Of a stretch of DNA of 64,000 bases, positions 63,531 through 64,000 are shown in pieces. Each line of letters begins with the position of its first letter. Position 1 is the stretch's first letter. The stretch lies in the NCBI GenBank assembly GCA_947623685.1, contig CANQHF010000003.1:7321-71320 (forward strand). The letters run 5' to 3'. A model generated the notes under the pieces. The model saw only the letters and a program-made list of their open reading frames with translations. It was not told where the DNA came from and did no database searches. This DNA is from an uncultured Bacilli bacterium (lineage in GTDB: Bacteria; Bacillota_I; Bacilli_A; RF39; UBA660). The position numbers and the translations under genes were made by a program.

Positions 63531-64000
63531 GTGAATTCGACAATATTTTTTTCAATATGTAGTTTATTTTATTGTATGTTATTAATTTGTAATTTATTTT
63601 CTAAAAGTTCAAAAAAAAGTGCGGAGAAGAGTATTCTTAAAATTTTATCAATTGTAAACTTTTTTACTTTGCTTTGTGAAGTGGGTGGAATATTTTTAGG
63701 AAGTAATTATAAGAATTTTGAATTGCTAAATGATATTGTTTTAAGACTTATGCTTATTTTATATGCAGTATGGATATCGTTTTTTACCATATATGTATTA
63801 AATGTTTCAAAGCAAACAAAAAAATTCAATTTTAAGAATAATTTAGTTATTTATCTAGCAATGTTTTTAATAATTATTGCAATTATTTTGTTGCCAATAA
63901 TATATAATACGAATAAGGCAGGTGTTATTATATATTCAACAGGACCTGCAGTTCAATCAATATACTATTATGCAATGGCTTGTGAAATGGCTTGTTTGTT
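63531..64000 (+). CDS. partial multi-TM protein (N-terminal sensor-like membrane domain), runs off the window
   Basis: GTG 63531 behind AAGGAG. The frame is open to the end of the window and has several hydrophobic helices. Confidence 0.4.
   Translation, partial: MNSTIFFSICSLFYCMLLICNLFSKSSKKSAEKSILKILSIVNFFTLLCEVGGIFLGSNYKNFELLNDIVLRLMLILYAVWISFFTIYVLNVSKQTKKFNFKNNLVIYLAMFLIIIAIILLPIIYNTNKAGVIIYSTGPAVQSIYYYAMACEMACL

Overview
This 64 kb window comes from a low-GC (roughly 27-28% by eye) endospore-forming Firmicute. Synteny such as recU-pbp1, gpsB-rnpB and pgsA-recA looks Bacilli/Erysipelotrichia-like, but the taxon cannot be fixed from the sequence alone. Almost all genes are on the + strand.

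Layout:
- 0-8.5 kb: core and sporulation genes (yunB-like, alpha/beta SASP, ackA, nrnA-like, MYG1, engB, der, spoVIF-like).
- 8.6-10.9 kb: a small accessory insert bracketed by a duplicated gene-end/terminator.
- 11.0-16.0 kb: spoIVA, split by a 3507-bp element. The element encodes a Fic protein, a 47-codon ORF and a large serine recombinase. This skin-like intervening element in a mother-cell gene is the headline finding.
- 16.7-34.5 kb: an 18-gene cell-wall glycopolymer cluster (GT2/GT4 enzymes, TagGH-like ABC exporter, TagF-like enzyme, pyruvyl transferase, two GT-C-like membrane proteins, GtrA/GtrB-like genes).
- 34.6-39.7 kb: a decayed mobile/defence islet. It holds an MqsR-like toxin with an MqsA-DUF4065(Panacea) fusion, an HTH-ImmA/IrrE gene, AbiEi/AbiEii bracketed by 100-bp direct repeats, and tandem KilA-N pseudogenes.
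- 39.7-41.7 kb: a thioester-domain LPxTG adhesin with an overlapping sortase gene.
- 41.8-53.1 kb: core genes (hup, cca, dnaD-like, pbp1, recU, gpsB, RNase P RNA, rodZ-like, pgsA, recA with a LexA box, deoD, PMM/PGM).
- 53.3-59.3 kb: an accessory patch. It holds relB/yafQ with a captured third gene, a leader-peptide attenuator ahead of an ASCH-deaminase / four-domain GNAT / NUDIX operon, an orphan VbhA-like gene, and an unannotated type I toxin-antitoxin candidate.
- 59.3-64 kb: ligA, an acyl-AMP ligase and a partial membrane protein.

All calls rest on reading the sequence and on recalled family motifs. No database search was run.
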